A stretch of 63,968 bases of DNA, filler included, from Psammoneis japonica (GCA_008632985.1; 4 parts of 4 records of this genome joined end to end with filler, not necessarily neighbours in it); one strand, 5' to 3'; shown: positions 38,231 to 52,666, counted from the first letter of the whole stretch. The notes: generated by a model from the sequence alone, not told the origin. Program-made: numbers and translations.

Positions 38231-38368
38231 ATGCCCTAAAGCTGCTTCACAGAATTGGCTTTTTGAGCATGCTTCCTCTGCGCTAAGATTGACAACAAGT
38301 GACTGATGCCTGCCAAGATGATGGCTGCTCGCATTGGAATGAGATCCACTGCTTGACCCCAAGCCGAA

Positions 38369-40889
38369 GTGCCAGCACCAGTGGCAGCTCCAGCGCCAGC
38401 CACGTCTGACCCACCAGAACCTCCTGAACTTCCTGCACCTCCCACAGCCACAGGCAGTGGTGAAGGTGGTGGCGGAGGTGGTGACGGAGGTGGTGGCAGT
38501 GGCGGAGATGGTGGTGGAGCAGGTGGCAATGGCAGAGCCAGAGGAGGAGCTCCTGGAGGAGGTCCACCTGCACCACCAGTGCCAGGACCCTTCAGTCTCA
38601 CTCCAGGAGGATCAAATCAAGGAGCTGCAATTGATTGCTCAACCAAGGCTGAACACTGCCATTTTAAAGGGGCAACCACAAAACTTGAAGAAGAACTTTA
38701 TGATTGCAGGCCTGACAGCTTTTGTCAGTTCATGAAGAGCCTTGAGGAAAGGGCTCAGTCCTGCGGATGGGTCAGTCCAGGTGGCATCTGCTGCATTGCA
38801 CCGGATGCAAACCCTGGAACTGCTGCGGTGAACATTCTTGAAGAACTTGGACGGATCATGCTCAAGAGGTTGATCGAACACAAATTGACCTGCACCAACA
38901 CTCAGACAAGGGCAGCTCAAGACAAAAGGATGTTGCATGAGTGCATCATGAGCTCTCTGTTGATTGATGGAAAAGCAAAGCTCAATGTCCACAAGAACAG
39001 TTGCAAGATCGGCGCCCCAGGAAATCCCATCCTTCTGTCGGGAATTTGTCTTTTCAAGATTCTTGTGCACAAATCCCACCTTGATTCCAATGCTGCTTTG
39101 ACTTGCATTCACACTGAGTTGTTGGACTTGGATGCTCACATTCAAACTGTCAGAAATGACATCATCAAATTCAACAACCACGTGCAAGTGCTGCTCGACA
39201 CCTTGAATTTGAGGGGAGAGATGACATTGGATCTCCCAATGAATTCATTCAAAGGGTGCGCGGCATGCGGCAACAAAGTGTTTGTCAGGTGCATCGCAGA
39301 CCATCAAGATGAGCACAAAGATGGCAGGAGGATTTGGGATCCAGCACAGCTGATGATTCAAGTGGCCTGCAAGCACAAGATGATGAAAGACAAAGAAATT
39401 TGGGAAGCCCCTTCTCCACAGGAGGAAAAGCCACTCGCTCTGGAGGCCCATTTTGCCAAATTGAAGAAGAAGTTTGCTGACAAAAAGGAAAGCAAAGCAT
39501 TCAGAAAACCAAGATTTGGGAGGGAGCCTAAAGAAGAAAAGGAAAACCAGTGAAAAGAAGGACGGCAAGAAGAAGAAGCTTGGAAAGCCTGCCTGGATGT
39601 TCATCAAACCAGTGGCTGATGAGTTGACCAAACCAAGGGAGTGGAATGGCATGTCTTGGCATTGGTGCAGACCTGAGACTGGAGGAAAATGTGAAGGCAT
39701 CTGTCCCACTCACAAACCATCCAAGTGCAAGGGTGCCATGCCACCCAGCAAGAAGGCTTCAGGAGGACAGAAAGAGGACCACTCCAAGAAGGTGACTGTC
39801 AGTGAAGTGGTCAAAGAGATTGATGGTGGTCACTGCTCCGAATGACAGGCATGGGCATGGTTGGGAAATGCACATTCAGTGTCTGTTGACTGGCTTCACA
39901 AATGTGACAATTGTTTGGCAAATCAGTTGTGCATTTGCCTGATTGCATTCCCTTGCTTTGTCCTGCTGATGCATTGTGAAAACAAGCCTGAGAAGACCTC
40001 AAAGTGTGTCCCAAAGAGTTCATGCTGGAACAGGACTGACAAGATCCTGGCAACCATTGTCATCATTTTGCTTGGATTTCTGAACCCATTTCAGGAGTGG
40101 CCATTTAGTCATGAAACTACCTGGAAAGAGAACAAGCTTTGAGCAAAGAACAAGAAGTGACTCTTGGAAGCCCATCAAATGGCACATGACATGTGCAAAT
40201 GTCAAGGTGACCAAGCTGATCACAACACCCTCTCTGCATTCAATGCAGTGGCTCAAACTGCCATGAATTCAGAGGGAGAGCCAATCCATGTCAATGCAGC
40301 AAAGTTTGACACAGACATGGAAGTTGTGGGTGTTGACAACCAATGCAGCACTTGCATCTCACATGACATCAACAATTTTGATGGAAAAGTGACCAAAGTC
40401 AACCAAGCAATCAAGGGATTTGGAGGCCATCGAGTGATGAATGTTTGCAGAGGAATTGTCATCTGGAAATGGTGCAACAATGATGGAACCATGCACAAAT
40501 TCAGGATCCCGAACTTGCACTGCATCCCAGAATGCAGTGTCTGCCTCCACAGCCCTCAACATTGGGCTAAAACCCAAGTCAGAGGAAAAGTGAAGCTCTT
40601 GCAAGGCTTTGGAGAAACAACTTGTGCTGAAAAATGTGTCTCATTTTGGAACAATGGAAGTCATTCCCTGGATGTCCATCTGGGAGAAACCGACAATGTC
40701 GCGACTTTCTGTTCATCTCTGGGATTTAATGAATTTAATGTCTTCTGTCAGAAATGTGACATCAATTATGATGGGACTCAGGAGGAACCAATCACGGTCA
40801 CACAGTTCACCATGACAAGTGATGATGAGGCTGATGATGATGATGTTGCAACGCCACCCCGACATCCACTTGTCAGCCTGTCTGTCGTA
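38369..40889 (+). mobile_element. Copia family B fragment: Gly/Pro-rich gag and protease, truncated by the next element
   Basis: gag with RAAQD..ML.ECI..SL, LSG.CLFKIL and a terminal W.WC...KC...H....C knuckle (frameshift ~39510). Protease-like FDTD...VGVDNQCSTCIS...IKGFGG at 40164-40889. Confidence 0.7.
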
Positions 40890-43800
40890 TGATGGACAGA
40901 CTGTGTGCCGATGATGACCAGACCATTTGGACAGATGAGCAGATCTCTCTGAGATCTGCCTCTCACTTTCTCATCTGCCAGCACTCATGCCATCACAGTC
41001 CTGGTGCTTGGGGAGTCTTTCACACCTCTGTCATCATTGACCTTCAGCACTCTGTCAGGTTGTGGCCTCATGCTGTGCCACAGACTCTGCACCAAGCTTT
41101 CTGTCTCAATTCATTTGTTTTGTGAGCCGACCAAGCAAGCCTCGTTGTCTGTTCCAACAACATTTTTTTCTTGCTTTCCCAGCATTTTTCACGATCATAA
41201 AAACACACCAGATTTCTGCGTGTGCATGACCAAAAATGCCCTCACCAAGTGAAACCATGGCATCTCCCGACCTTGCAAAGGCCACTCCAATGTCCATTGC
41301 AGAGATCTGTCATGAATTTCAAGAACATGCAACAACACCTCATTTCCACACAACTTTGAACAAGATGCACGCGGATTCAATGTTTGATCTGGACCCGTTC
41401 TTTGATGATCCAGAACATGCTCAACCGAAGAAAGATTTTGTTGACCTGTTTTGAGATCACCTCATCAACATGGTGTTCCCACTTTGCACGGTTCATCCCA
41501 TGGACATGCAGCCTGTCAAGACAATTGTGGATCAAGCTGCATTCCACATTGTAGACTCTGCCAGGCCTCGTGCGATCCGCATGACGTCCGCATCTCTCTC
41601 GTCGATCATCAAGACCAATCTCTGGAACCACGACCAAATCATGCACGTTGTCATCTCTGCACACAACATTTACTTTGACCCCAACATGACATGGAAATGC
41701 AAGGATTGGAAGGAGTTCTCTCTCATGCCCCACCCACAGAACCCACAGCCTACACCCTCATCTACGACTGGTTCAGGACCTGCAACTGTCGGTGTGAACG
41801 ACTTAATCACCGCCCTCAACAAGTTTGCGTCGAGCAATGCTCCGCCTTCCACTGCCTCTGGCAAGCCCTCTGGAACTCCTGCAACTTCCATGGCATCCAG
41901 TGGTCTCTTCAATCCTAACACCCTGCCTCCCGATGTTCGCACATGCTGCGACTGCAAAGAACATGGTGCCGTCACCCTGAAGAGCTCCCTCGTCCATTGT
42001 GACCATGGATTCCGCCGCCACATTGATGGGTCTGACCGCATCATTCTCAATGATGGCACCCCATTTATCATGAGCTCGACCCCCGACCAGAAGATGCCAT
42101 TCAGAGAACCTCCAAACTGCCATGATGATTCTCCTGCTGGGGTGTGTGCATGGTGCCAAAATTTCCAACGTCACTCATTTGACTCGGGACACTATGTGCA
42201 TCCTTCTCGGTGCTTCACCAAGGATCACGGTGGTGAGAAGGGTTTTGAGATTGGCAACGGCTGACAGAAATTGAAGGCAAATGGCAAGAATTCAAACAAT
42301 GACTCCTTGCTGCTGTCTAAATGGCAGATGATTCTCCACTCAGAGACCGTCACAGGAGCCAAAAGACGTGCAAGTCGGCACAATCGGGCTGCTGTTGTTA
42401 TTCTTGTGAGCCGTGTGGCTCGAAAGCAAACTGCATCGCGCGCACGCGCAGAACTAAAGAGCACACAAAACTGTGCGCGGTGAACTAAATAGCGCGCAAC
42501 ATTTCGCGCGCACCCAAATCCCATTCAAATCCTGTCACTCCCCAGTTTGCTTGAGGAGTCACAGAAACAGATTCGACTTCGGATGGAATGAAGTTCCAAA
42601 ACATGAGGGGACGGAGAAGGTCCCAGATTTGGGAGTAACCCCAATGCTTGCCAAGAATGTCAGCAGGGTTGCGGGAGCCTTCGATGAAGTGGAACTCAAG
42701 GCAACCAGAGGCAATTGCCTCACGCAAACGATGGAACAACAGAGGGGTGTGTTGCTTGTGTAACTTGGAGTGCGGGATGGTGGCACTGTCCACAACCGAC
42801 TTGTTGTCACCGAACATGCAACTAATGTCACGGATCGGGACGCCGAGGTAACGCAGGGCAATGCGCAGGTCGATGATCTGCTCGACACAAGTCCTTGCGG
42901 CAACAAATTCAGACCCGCAGGTCGCAGTCTCCACTGTGGCTTGCTTCTTAGAGAACCAATCAGCCGGGAATTTGTTGAGGAAGTGGAGCATTCCCATGAC
43001 AGAGCGTCCGGTGAGCATGCAATGATGCAAGTTTGCATCGACGTAGTGGGTGGCAGTGACAAACTTGCCAAGGGGCGGTGGAGCGTCCTTCGGGATCATC
43101 TCCTCTGCTTCGCCACACACGGAATGCATCCATTCATGGGCCGGTGCAGGGAGATCCGAACAGTTGGGTTCTTCCATGTGAACGAGGAGAGCGCCATGTC
43201 GCATCTTGGAGAGGTGCCCACAGACGTGTTTGGCACGATCCAAGTGACCTTGACGGGGCGCAGCTCGGAAGCCAGAGAGTGACATGACGGCCGTGGCAAT
43301 GTCAATTCGACCAAGAGACACTGCCCATTGGAGGGAACCGACAAGAGACTGGAGCTGTTGAATGCCATTGGGCTCCAGCAGTTCGGAAGTGTCCAGTTCA
43401 GGGTGGTCACCCTTTTCCAGAGGGGACAGGACGTTGGTGGTGGGTTTCTCCCCAAACAGTCGTGTGCAGCTGTCAACCATGCATTCGATGTACTTGCGTG
43501 GAGACAGACACAAGGTGCCGTCAGGATCCCGGGAGAAGTCGCAGCCTAGATGGAACTCAATCGGTCCTGTGCCCTTGAGCTTGAACTTGCACTTTTCCGT
43601 GAGAGTGTCGACGAAAGATTGAGGATCCTTCATGGCAATGGCAAGGTCATCCACACAAATGGCAACACATTCGTAGTGGTCGCCGTTCCTGCGCATCCAA
43701 ATGTCGGGTTCGGCGTGGCAGGGGAAGAAACCTTCAGCTCGCAGGCAGTCGGCGAAGCGCTCGTGCCAGCGGAGGCCGGAGTTGCGCAGTCCATACAGGG

Positions 43801-46800
43801 CCTCGTAGATGACGAGAATGTGGCCTTCGAGTTTGCCAAATTCGGGTCCAGCTACAATGTGCAGCTTCTCCTTGGTGGTGGCTTCAAGGTGGGCATTGCC
43901 AATGTCGGTGGCCCATGTCTCCAACTCGTTGAGTTCAGCCAGGAAAATCATCAGCCGAAGGCCACAAAGGGAGACCACTCCAGAGCAGACACTGTCGATG
44001 GGTGCATCCGTGAGGTGTCCATCGGCTACAACTCGTGCCTTGTGGCGGCCGTCGTGTTTCACGTCGCACACTGGGTGCACTCGGATCTTCTTGTGTCCCG
44101 CAGGAGGAGTGGAAGACTCGGAGGGCCCGCAGTCATGAAAGACTTCGCATTCATTGAGTTGGTCCATCTCAAGATTGGTTGCGTCTCCCCATTTGCGGTT
44201 GCCGTTGTGTTTGTCTGGGGACATGGCATGTTTGCAGTTCCAGGGAACTTCGCATCTGCACTTGCAGTGAGGTGCAGTGCAGAAGGAGCGAAGCTTGGCT
44301 TGGTTGGCCATGCGGAATGGCTACTTCTGGTGCCTTGCAATGGCGCGGAACTGCTTCCAGCCATCAGTGTCGAGAAGTCCATTCTCTCATGCATAGATGG
44401 TGCAGGTGACAGGGTCATCCTTGGCGATGATGGCAAGAGGCTCGGACGTGATCTCCCCACTTTCTCATTCAAGCATGATGTTGTAGCTTGAGCCTTTCCA
44501 GGTTGGGACATGAGGCTTCAGAGGTCCTTCGTGTGACACAATTCGTCGAAATTTCCAAACAGCAGTGTCTTCGTCTTCTTGCTCAATGTGATTCATGATG
44601 TCGTTGCAGGCCAGGACTTCCTCGCATTCGTCGTTGTTGACAGAGCAGATGAACTTGGTGAGCTCGGGGCTGCCATTCACTTTCCAGTCGTGATCTTCGA
44701 TGGCCTTGACGATGCAAGCTCTGTGGCGTTGTCCATCCTCTTGTGGCTGCATGAGGAAGGTGCGTCCAATGATGTCTTGTGGATCAAAAACTGGCATCTT
44801 GGGTGTCCTGATCTCCCCATCAGGTGAATCGACGGGGTTGTCGTCATGGCAAGATTTGATGATGGGTTCAGGTGGCTCCCCATCAGGAGGATCAAGATGC
44901 AGGTTTCGAACGGAAGGATCGGTGGCAGTGGATCGTACATTAGACCAGTGGAGGATCTTCTTAGTGTCATCAGAAAGAATCATAAAGGTCATCTGGTGGC
45001 CGACGTGTTCAGCAATGCCAACAAAGCGTCCACGCAACTCACGGGATTCGGACGGCCAATCGGAGTCATCGAGGTGGAAGCACACGGGTTCCCACCAGTG
45101 AATGTGAAGCAACGAGCTGATGTCCGGGGTGGAGCCAGTGAGAGTCTCGAGGGGCGTGTGCCAGTGGAGACGTGGGGATGCTGTGTGGTTGAGCATGAAG
45201 CAAACGCACATGAGCACCAGCAGCCATGTGTGGGCAGGCAAACCGAAACAGTCCATGATGGTGTTCGCCATGCGCTTCACGGTCTGGCATCGGCGTTCGG
45301 CAAAGTTTTGGTGTTGCTGGTGAGGCTTGCTTTGCCAGCTGGAGATGAAGAGGGCTCGTAGGATCCCGAGCACCGTGTTGCTGATCTCAACTTGAGCACG
45401 GTCGCTGATGAGTTTGGATGGGGCACCACGCTCACGGATCTGATCCTCGAGTGTGTTGACAAACTCTTTGTCAGTTTTGGTGCCACAGACGTCAGTGACG
45501 GTAGACTCTGTGCCAACAAACAGTTGGGCGCTGGTGCAACCAGAGTCGACGGCCGGGGTGTCCGCACAAATGGTGTCAGTGGCGACAGGCTTGTTGTGGC
45601 AGTGCACATTAAGGGCGGGGTTGGGCGATTTGCAGGCCTTCTTAAGGTGCGTGCCGGCAGGCATGCGGGCGCATTGCGTGGTGCAGTCGAAAGTGCGACG
45701 AACCGTGTCGGTGGGTTGGAAACCAAAGCAGGGCCAAAGAGACTCGCAGGGGGGGTCCTTGGGCTGCACATTGTGCTCCGGAGGCGGAACGTTGTCGTCC
45801 TTGGGATCAATCGCGTGTAGATGACACTCGTAGAACACGTCGTCATTCGGAATGAGGTGGTCATCGAGGGCAGATGCGTGATCGGCAGACAAGGAGGTGG
45901 ACATGATGGCCTTGTTGACAATGACACGGTGACGGCAGTTGCCGCACTTGTCAAATGGGTTGGCAGTGGGATCGTCCTGCAGGTCAGAGATCGCGTCGCA
46001 CCACTGGTCGTCGTCAGTGATGGAGTGATCAAGGACGGAAGGGTCCCATGTGTCATCACCGGCAAGGATGACATGTGGCAGGGTGTCCCATTTGTCGTCA
46101 GTGCAGGGCCGCATGGCAACATGAGGCAGGCCACCCTTGATGTCAATTGGGATGACATGGCCATCAGGGGTGGTGATGCGCTGCAAGCCATTGGGCGACA
46201 AGTTGACGTCACCATCACTCCCAAGTCGTTGGTTGTGAAGGTTGACCGCAATGGACTCATGCCAGTTGCCGGCTCGTGGGTTGCGGGGAGGCGGACGAGA
46301 ATGCTCAAGGATGATCGCCTTGGAGGAATTGGGCAACGAATCCCAAATCCGTTGGTGGTCGGGAGGGAGATGTTTCCATTGGTCGCCGGTGAGGCTGGGA
46401 CCGCGGGTGCAGGCAGCGTTGGCCTGAAGGATGTCAATGTCGCTGTCGATGTCATAGAACACATCATCAGATGGTTCCTCGGAGCAGACGTCGTGTGCGT
46501 GTGTGGCACAGCGGGGAGCTCAAGGTGCCGTCTTGGGTTGAAACGTGCTGTCGTGTTGAGCCGCCGTGGAGAGGAGCAAGCCACAATGTTGATCGCATGT
46601 GAGGCTCTTGCCACTCTGCGTGCTATGTTGATCAGCTTGGTTCTTGACGGCGCGGAGTTCCTGGACAGGATGTGCGGCATTCTCGAGCATGACGCGCTTC
46701 TGTCCTTCAGAGAAGTGGTCACTGGCTGGGATGAGTGCCTCGCACTTGCGCAACTGATCCTGCCAATGAAGAATGAACCCGTGGGTTGGACCTTTCCAAG

Positions 46801-49800
46801 CACCATCACCAAGGCGTGCAGTGGTGAGGTACGTGAGCAAGGTGGAGGACTCGAAAGATGCGCGGGTGGAGGCAAGTGCATGCTCGGACAAGGCGCGGCA
46901 GATGGTCTGGGCATCAGAAGACCCCACATTCTCGCGAATGAGAGCTTTGCCCTTGTCGGTGAGAAGGATGCATTCGAAGATGGCAAACATGTGCTTTTGC
47001 TGTTCAGCAAAGAGCAGTTTGTCTTCGGGGCTGGTCGGTTTGTACGACGAGTCTAGAATGCACTCGATGTCTTGGGCACGGGCTTGTGCCACAAGTGAGG
47101 TGTGCCAAGTGTGCCACTGCTTGATGGATTTGAGAGCCGTGAAAGCAGTGGGGTCACACTTGATGCCTCGCTTGAAGTCTCGCACTGGGTCGTGTGCCTT
47201 GGTCGGGTTGGTGACGTGCGGAGGTGCAAGAGGTGAGCTGCTGACGGACACAGAAGACATGTGGTCAGGACTGAGGCGGCAGGCAAGGAACTCATCATGC
47301 GTGAACAACGAGGAGTCATTGGCAACATCAAGGCCCTTGTGTGCTTTGACAATGTACAGACTAACTGGAGCTGCTAACATGTTCTTATAACCTCGGGGCA
47401 ATGGGGTCACATTAGCGCCGTTGTCGCACTCAAGAAAGTCGATTTGGGAAGGTGTGAACGTGAACAGTTCTTGGTGCGAGTCCGTGCCGTCATGGGTCAA
47501 AGCCAAACGAAGAGGGCTTCCAGCACCTTGGGCAAGCACGGTTCCAACAACGTGCTCAAAACCATCGGTTTGTTGCTGACGAGTAAGAACCATGGTAGAC
47601 AAAAGCGGTGTCAGGGCAAGCGATTCTTGTTAGGACGTGGAGGTAGACTTGAAACTTGAGTGGGAATGGGCCTGACTTGAAATAGACTTGACTTGAAATC
47701 TTGAACTATCTTAAAATCAGAAGTCGCCAGGGTGTGCTGTCCCATTCGTTGTCAAGTGCTAAACTTCCCATCCGGTCCGTAGAGTTGTGCCGGCACGTCC
47801 GAACCCGCAGCCAGCGGCGCTTTGGGTTGCTTGTGAGCGGAGCAGCGAGTTGCAAACCCCTGCAGGCAAGCTGACTGGAGGTGGACAAGACCCCCGAACC
47901 GTTCTCATTTTATGTCGGTTGGATTTCCCGATCAGGCTGGCCAGTTGACGTAGGCGTCAGGTGCTGTGGACGAACAAACAAACGCGGGAAAACACCCTCG
48001 CCCCAACGTAGGCTGTAATCACGGCTGCTTGCTCTCACAGTCGTCCTCGTGGACCTGGTGGAACTGCAGAGCACCAGCAGTCCGGGGTGGATCAGGTGCA
48101 ACAGACTCGGTGTGCTTGTAGAGTGGCAGCAAAGCCGCAGTCCAAAGAGTGGGTTCAAGTTCTTGGCCGTGAAGATGTGTGTGTGCATGTCTTCAGCAAC
48201 AAAGATCTTTGAACATGTGGGGTTCTTGACCGTTAACCATTGAATGGGCATGTCAAGGGATGAGGATCAAGGATGGACTTGGACACAACCGTTGAATGCA
48301 TGTCTTCAGCGACAAAAGGTGGTGTGATCAATCCAGATGTCCAGCGGCAAGGAGACTTGACGGTGACGTTAAATTCCTGCCGATGCCTGGCATTGAATGC
48401 GCGCAGACTTGCCGATGTACACGCAGAACATGTGCGGAGGTCCACGCAGAATTGAAGTGGCGTCGTCGGTAAATCAACGACGACGATGGCGGTTGCTCAA
48501 TGGGTTGACAATGAGCAAGACTGTTAATCTGACAGAAATTGAAGGCAAATGGCAAGAATTCAAACAATGACTCCTTGCTGCTGTCTAAACAGCAGATGAG
48601 TCTCCGCTCAGAGACCATCACAGGAGCCGAAAGATGTGCAAGTCAGCATAATCGGGCCACTGTTGTTGTTCTTGTGAGCCGTGTGGCTCGAAAGCAAACT
48701 ACATCGCGCGCATGCACACGGAACTAAAGAGCACACAAAACTGTGCGCGGCAAACTAAATAGTGCGCGACATTTCACGCGCACCTAAATCCCATTCAAAT
48801 CCTGTCAACAGCAAAGGCGATGACTCACCCCAACGAATGTATGTTCATTGTAAAGAAGCACAAAGTTCCCTTCACAAGATCCTTTCCAAGTCTGACATGT
48901 TCCCCAAGAACAGCAAGCATCATCGGATTTTTGCCTCATGCTGTGGCAATGGCTGCAAGGCTCTCAAGCAAATTGTCTGCGAGAACCATCCGGCTTTTGA
49001 TCATGAGGCTGCTGGATTGGTAGATTCCTGCCCTGTTCAAGGAAATCTGTCATTGACGGACTGTCACTTGCATTTCAAGGATTTTCTACAGCTGCGTGCT
49101 CATGTCTTTGATGCGGGCTCTACGTTGGATGACTCATGAGAGATGACTGTTTTCATCAAGAACACCAAATGCTCCAAGTTCTTGTCCCGTGCCACTGGGG
49201 ACAAAAGGAAGTCTCCTGCTGTGCTCAAGAAGCACATGGATGGACAGATTGTTGAGACTCCATCTGACTTCCTTTGTCAGTTGGACAGTCCATCTGCACA
49301 TCTCTTACAACTCGCATGACTCCTCGCAATCCACACCGTGCATGGGATCGAAACCCAGTGGATGTGCGTCGCACAACTGCCGATGTCAATTCCTTGACTG
49401 TTCCGGATGTCCCTCCCATTGCAGAGGATGCAGACGAGTCACCTGAAGCTGCTGGCACTGACAACTCCCCCGAGGATGCCTTTGACTCCCTCTGTGATGA
49501 ATTGAACGACCTTGACGTACCTTCTGCAGATGAAGACCGTCTCCTTCATCATGTCCACTCGGCTTCGGCATACAAACTCAAGGTTGCTCCCACAGAGGCC
49601 TCCAAGAAACCATGCCTTGTTTGTTCTGACGAACACTTGTTCCATGAGTGTCCTGTCTTGAACAACAACCCGCACATCAAAGGCTTCCACACACGTTTTT
49701 GTCAATTCTTGAAGGGAGAAGCGGCCATGTGTGCCTCTGAATTTCAAGGACCACAAGGTTTGTTGCTGCCTCATCAAGGACAATCTGATTCTCCGTCCAG

Positions 49801-51940
49801 CACTGGTGTCCAGTCTCCAGATTTTCAATTGGGCCGTTGCATCCGATGCAGCCCATTCTCTGCCCATGGAGACAAGACCAATGTCAGTGGGATGACTGTG
49901 AAAGAGGGACCAACCGTCTTGTCATCTGCCACTGCACTGCCTCTTTCTTCGATGACTGATGCAGACTGCACCCCCAACTCGAAGGTCTCTCCTGACACCA
50001 CCAAGTGGCCTGATGATGATCCCATTCTCCCTGACGGCACATTGGGGATTGATCCTTTTCCGGACTCTTTGGAACAGGGGAGGGAAGATTTAGAGGAATG
50101 TGATTTTGCCGAGTTTGTTGAATTGCCTGTGACAACATTGCTGTTGAGGACGGTTTTGCCGCCATGAATTCTGTCCACATTGCCCCACTTAACTCACCTC
50201 ATGATGATGACTTGGATCCACCAGATCTACTCCGCACTGTCTGCACTGTCAATGCTGTCAAGTTTGCCCCAAATGAGTGCTGTGCTCAACTTGACACTGG
50301 TGCCAACATTGCCTGCACTGGAGATCATGATCTCCTACATTGACGCCAGGCATTTGCTCCTTCCGCCCCGTGCCTGCTTGCTGTTGATCCAGCTCTTGGA
50401 CATGAAGCTGTCCCAGTCGGTTTTGGACACCTTTGCATGCCTGCGGAGAACTCCGATGGCCATGTTGAGATTCGTGCATGTTGCCACCCACAGTTCCAAT
50501 CCACCTTGGTTGATGACCAATTGCTGCTCTGCCAGAATGGTGCCCGTTGCATGGATTGCAACATTGATTGCATGCTCAAGTTCCATGATCTTGGTGCCTG
50601 CAAGTTTGTTGCACGGCATCGTTTGCACAAGAGTCAGGACAACATTGTTCATGGGATGTTGATCAATGGCAAGTGTCACACTCACCCACTTGTTCTCCCA
50701 GAATCCCATGATGAGCCAGATGCATCAATCGAGCGCCTCAAGGCAAGCGACCCCTCCTTTGCGAATGAATGTGAAGCGGTCTCGGCCTGCATGATTGAAA
50801 CACATCATGCACACCAAAATGATGCTCTCTGCATGGAAAGGAAGTTGATCCCCCGAGTGTTTCAAGATGTCCCATTTGAGCAGTGTGCCGAGAAGAATGT
50901 TCCTGTCCAATCCCTCAAGGCCGACATGGAACGTCTTTTATGGCATCAACATCTTGGGCACCCCAGTGATCACTGTCTTTACCACGCTCATGAACATGTT
51001 GATGGAGTTCCAAAGTTTGCACATGATGCATCCCCCCTTGACACTTGCCCCACTTGTGTCCGGGCTAAACAGACGAAGGAACCTGCTGGACCCAATGCCA
51101 CCTTGACTGCCACCCAACCCCACCAAGGTCTCACAGCAGACTTTTCTTTTTCTGGTCTCCGCTCCAAGAACACCAAGTGCACCAAAGACTGTGTTGGGTT
51201 GAATGGTGAGACGTGTTGGATCACCGTTTATGATCACGCAACAAAGCACCTCCATGGTGCGACTCGTGTCTCAAAGGCCACCCCTTTGAATTGGATTTGC
51301 CGTTTTCTGGAGGAGCACTTGCCAAAATGTCCTGATGAATGTGTTTTTCTGGATCAAGAAGGTGAACTGTGTGATGATCTGGCGGTTCGGCAACTCTTCA
51401 AGGATGACTTTCATTGTGTAATTCGTCCCACTGGAAAAGACGCTTCAAATCAGAGTGGCCCAGTTGAACGGAGTCATTTGACCATTGCCAATGCCATTTG
51501 GGCAATGCTTGTTGGTGCGGACTTACCCATCAAGTTTTGGCCCCATGCTTTCCATCATTTTGTTCGGATCAAGAACACCACACCATCCTGGGGGCAGACT
51601 GCTGCTCCAATTGCACTTGCCACTGGTCAGAAGGATGATTTTCGGAACTTCCGCACGTTTGGTTGTCGCGTTTGGGTGCGTGCTTCGAATCACCGTCCGG
51701 CAAAATTCCTGACTGCATCACGCAAAGAGATTTTCTTGGGACATCTTCCAGATGCCACCAAGAATGTTTTGTGGTGCGACACCGAGACATCACGTGCAAA
51801 GCCAGCCAAGCACATCTGGCATGATGAGGGGATGATTGATTTACCCCACGACTCTATTCCCCCGAATGTTGTTCATTTGCAACACACTCAGGCTGGTGAT
51901 GCCCTCCCTGCTGACACTGAAGAGACTGCCATGGATGTGA
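40890..51940 (+). mobile_element. Copia family C (5' LTR, gag, protease, integrase), split by copia A copy 3 and truncated before RT
   Basis: Putative 168-bp LTR at 40890-41057 (TGATGG...CTGTCA). gag reads GFEIGNG before 42262 and resumes KGDDSPQ after 48807. C..C...H....C knuckle near 49610. AQLDTGA protease motif near 50285. Integrase at 50437-51951 (LWHQHLGH, CPTC, DFSF, DQEGEL, QSGPVERSH, FGCRVWV). Confidence 0.8.
42262..48807 (-). mobile_element. Ty1/copia family A, copy 3 (6546 bp, ~560-bp internal deletion removing the protease)
   Basis: LTRs at 42262-42537 and 48530-48807. TSD ACGGC/ACAGC (one CpG transition). Deletion junction DVNLS|PNGLQ near 46196. RT motif reads CVDD. Confidence 0.95.
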
Positions 51941-52666
51941 ATAAATGCTGACACACTGTCACAAACACAGGCAGTTTATGTGCTGTTGGCGATTGGTCCA
52001 CTGTCACTTGTTTGGTGGCCCCAGCAGCGTAACTTCTCACAATTCTAGAACCTGTTGATGCTGTTCAACACTCTGTCTTGTCTTGCACCCAATTCTCAGC
52101 TATCATGGCAGCATTTGTTCACTTCATCAGAGCCAATGCGCTGTGATGTTCATCACCTGGAATGGGCATCGTGAACAGTGTGACAGCATCGTTGCGATCG
52201 ATCGATTTTTGCGGTGAGTGCCATGTTGGTCCCATGGTTGCTCACGCAATCGCTGAGTCCTTTGCGCATGTCAACATTTGTGCATGTGAACGATGTGCTC
52301 TTGGAGACCAGAGCTGTGATCCGTTAGACATGACATTAGTGTGCGGAATGTTTGATCACGTGGATGGAACATGTTCGCTAAGACACACAAACATTCGTGA
52401 TTAAGATGACATGATGATTTATGTGTTGAGGTCTGTTGTTTGATCACATGCATTTCATTAATCAAAATGCGTTATCAAATTGTTTGGACACCGCACATGT
52501 GGATGCAGGTCTGTTGGACATTGTTGCTTGGGAGTAAAACCGTCTGCTCGCGGGTTCGCTGAGTAGAAACCGCCAAATCGGCACGAGAACCACACATTTT
52601 TCTCACTTTCTCCACTCACACAAGTGGATGCTCACGCGTCAAAACGCGAACAACTGCTGATGCACC

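Noticed and set aside
18700..48807. Classical RIP or APOBEC-type editing as the cause of the divergence
   Set aside because: Those give C->T/G->A. Conserved Tyr motifs show the change here is T->C/A->G at TpA. CpG decay is present but separate.
51940..52660. 5' LTR and PBS of copia D
   Set aside because: The position is plausible, but no second LTR or clear inverted termini are available to define it.
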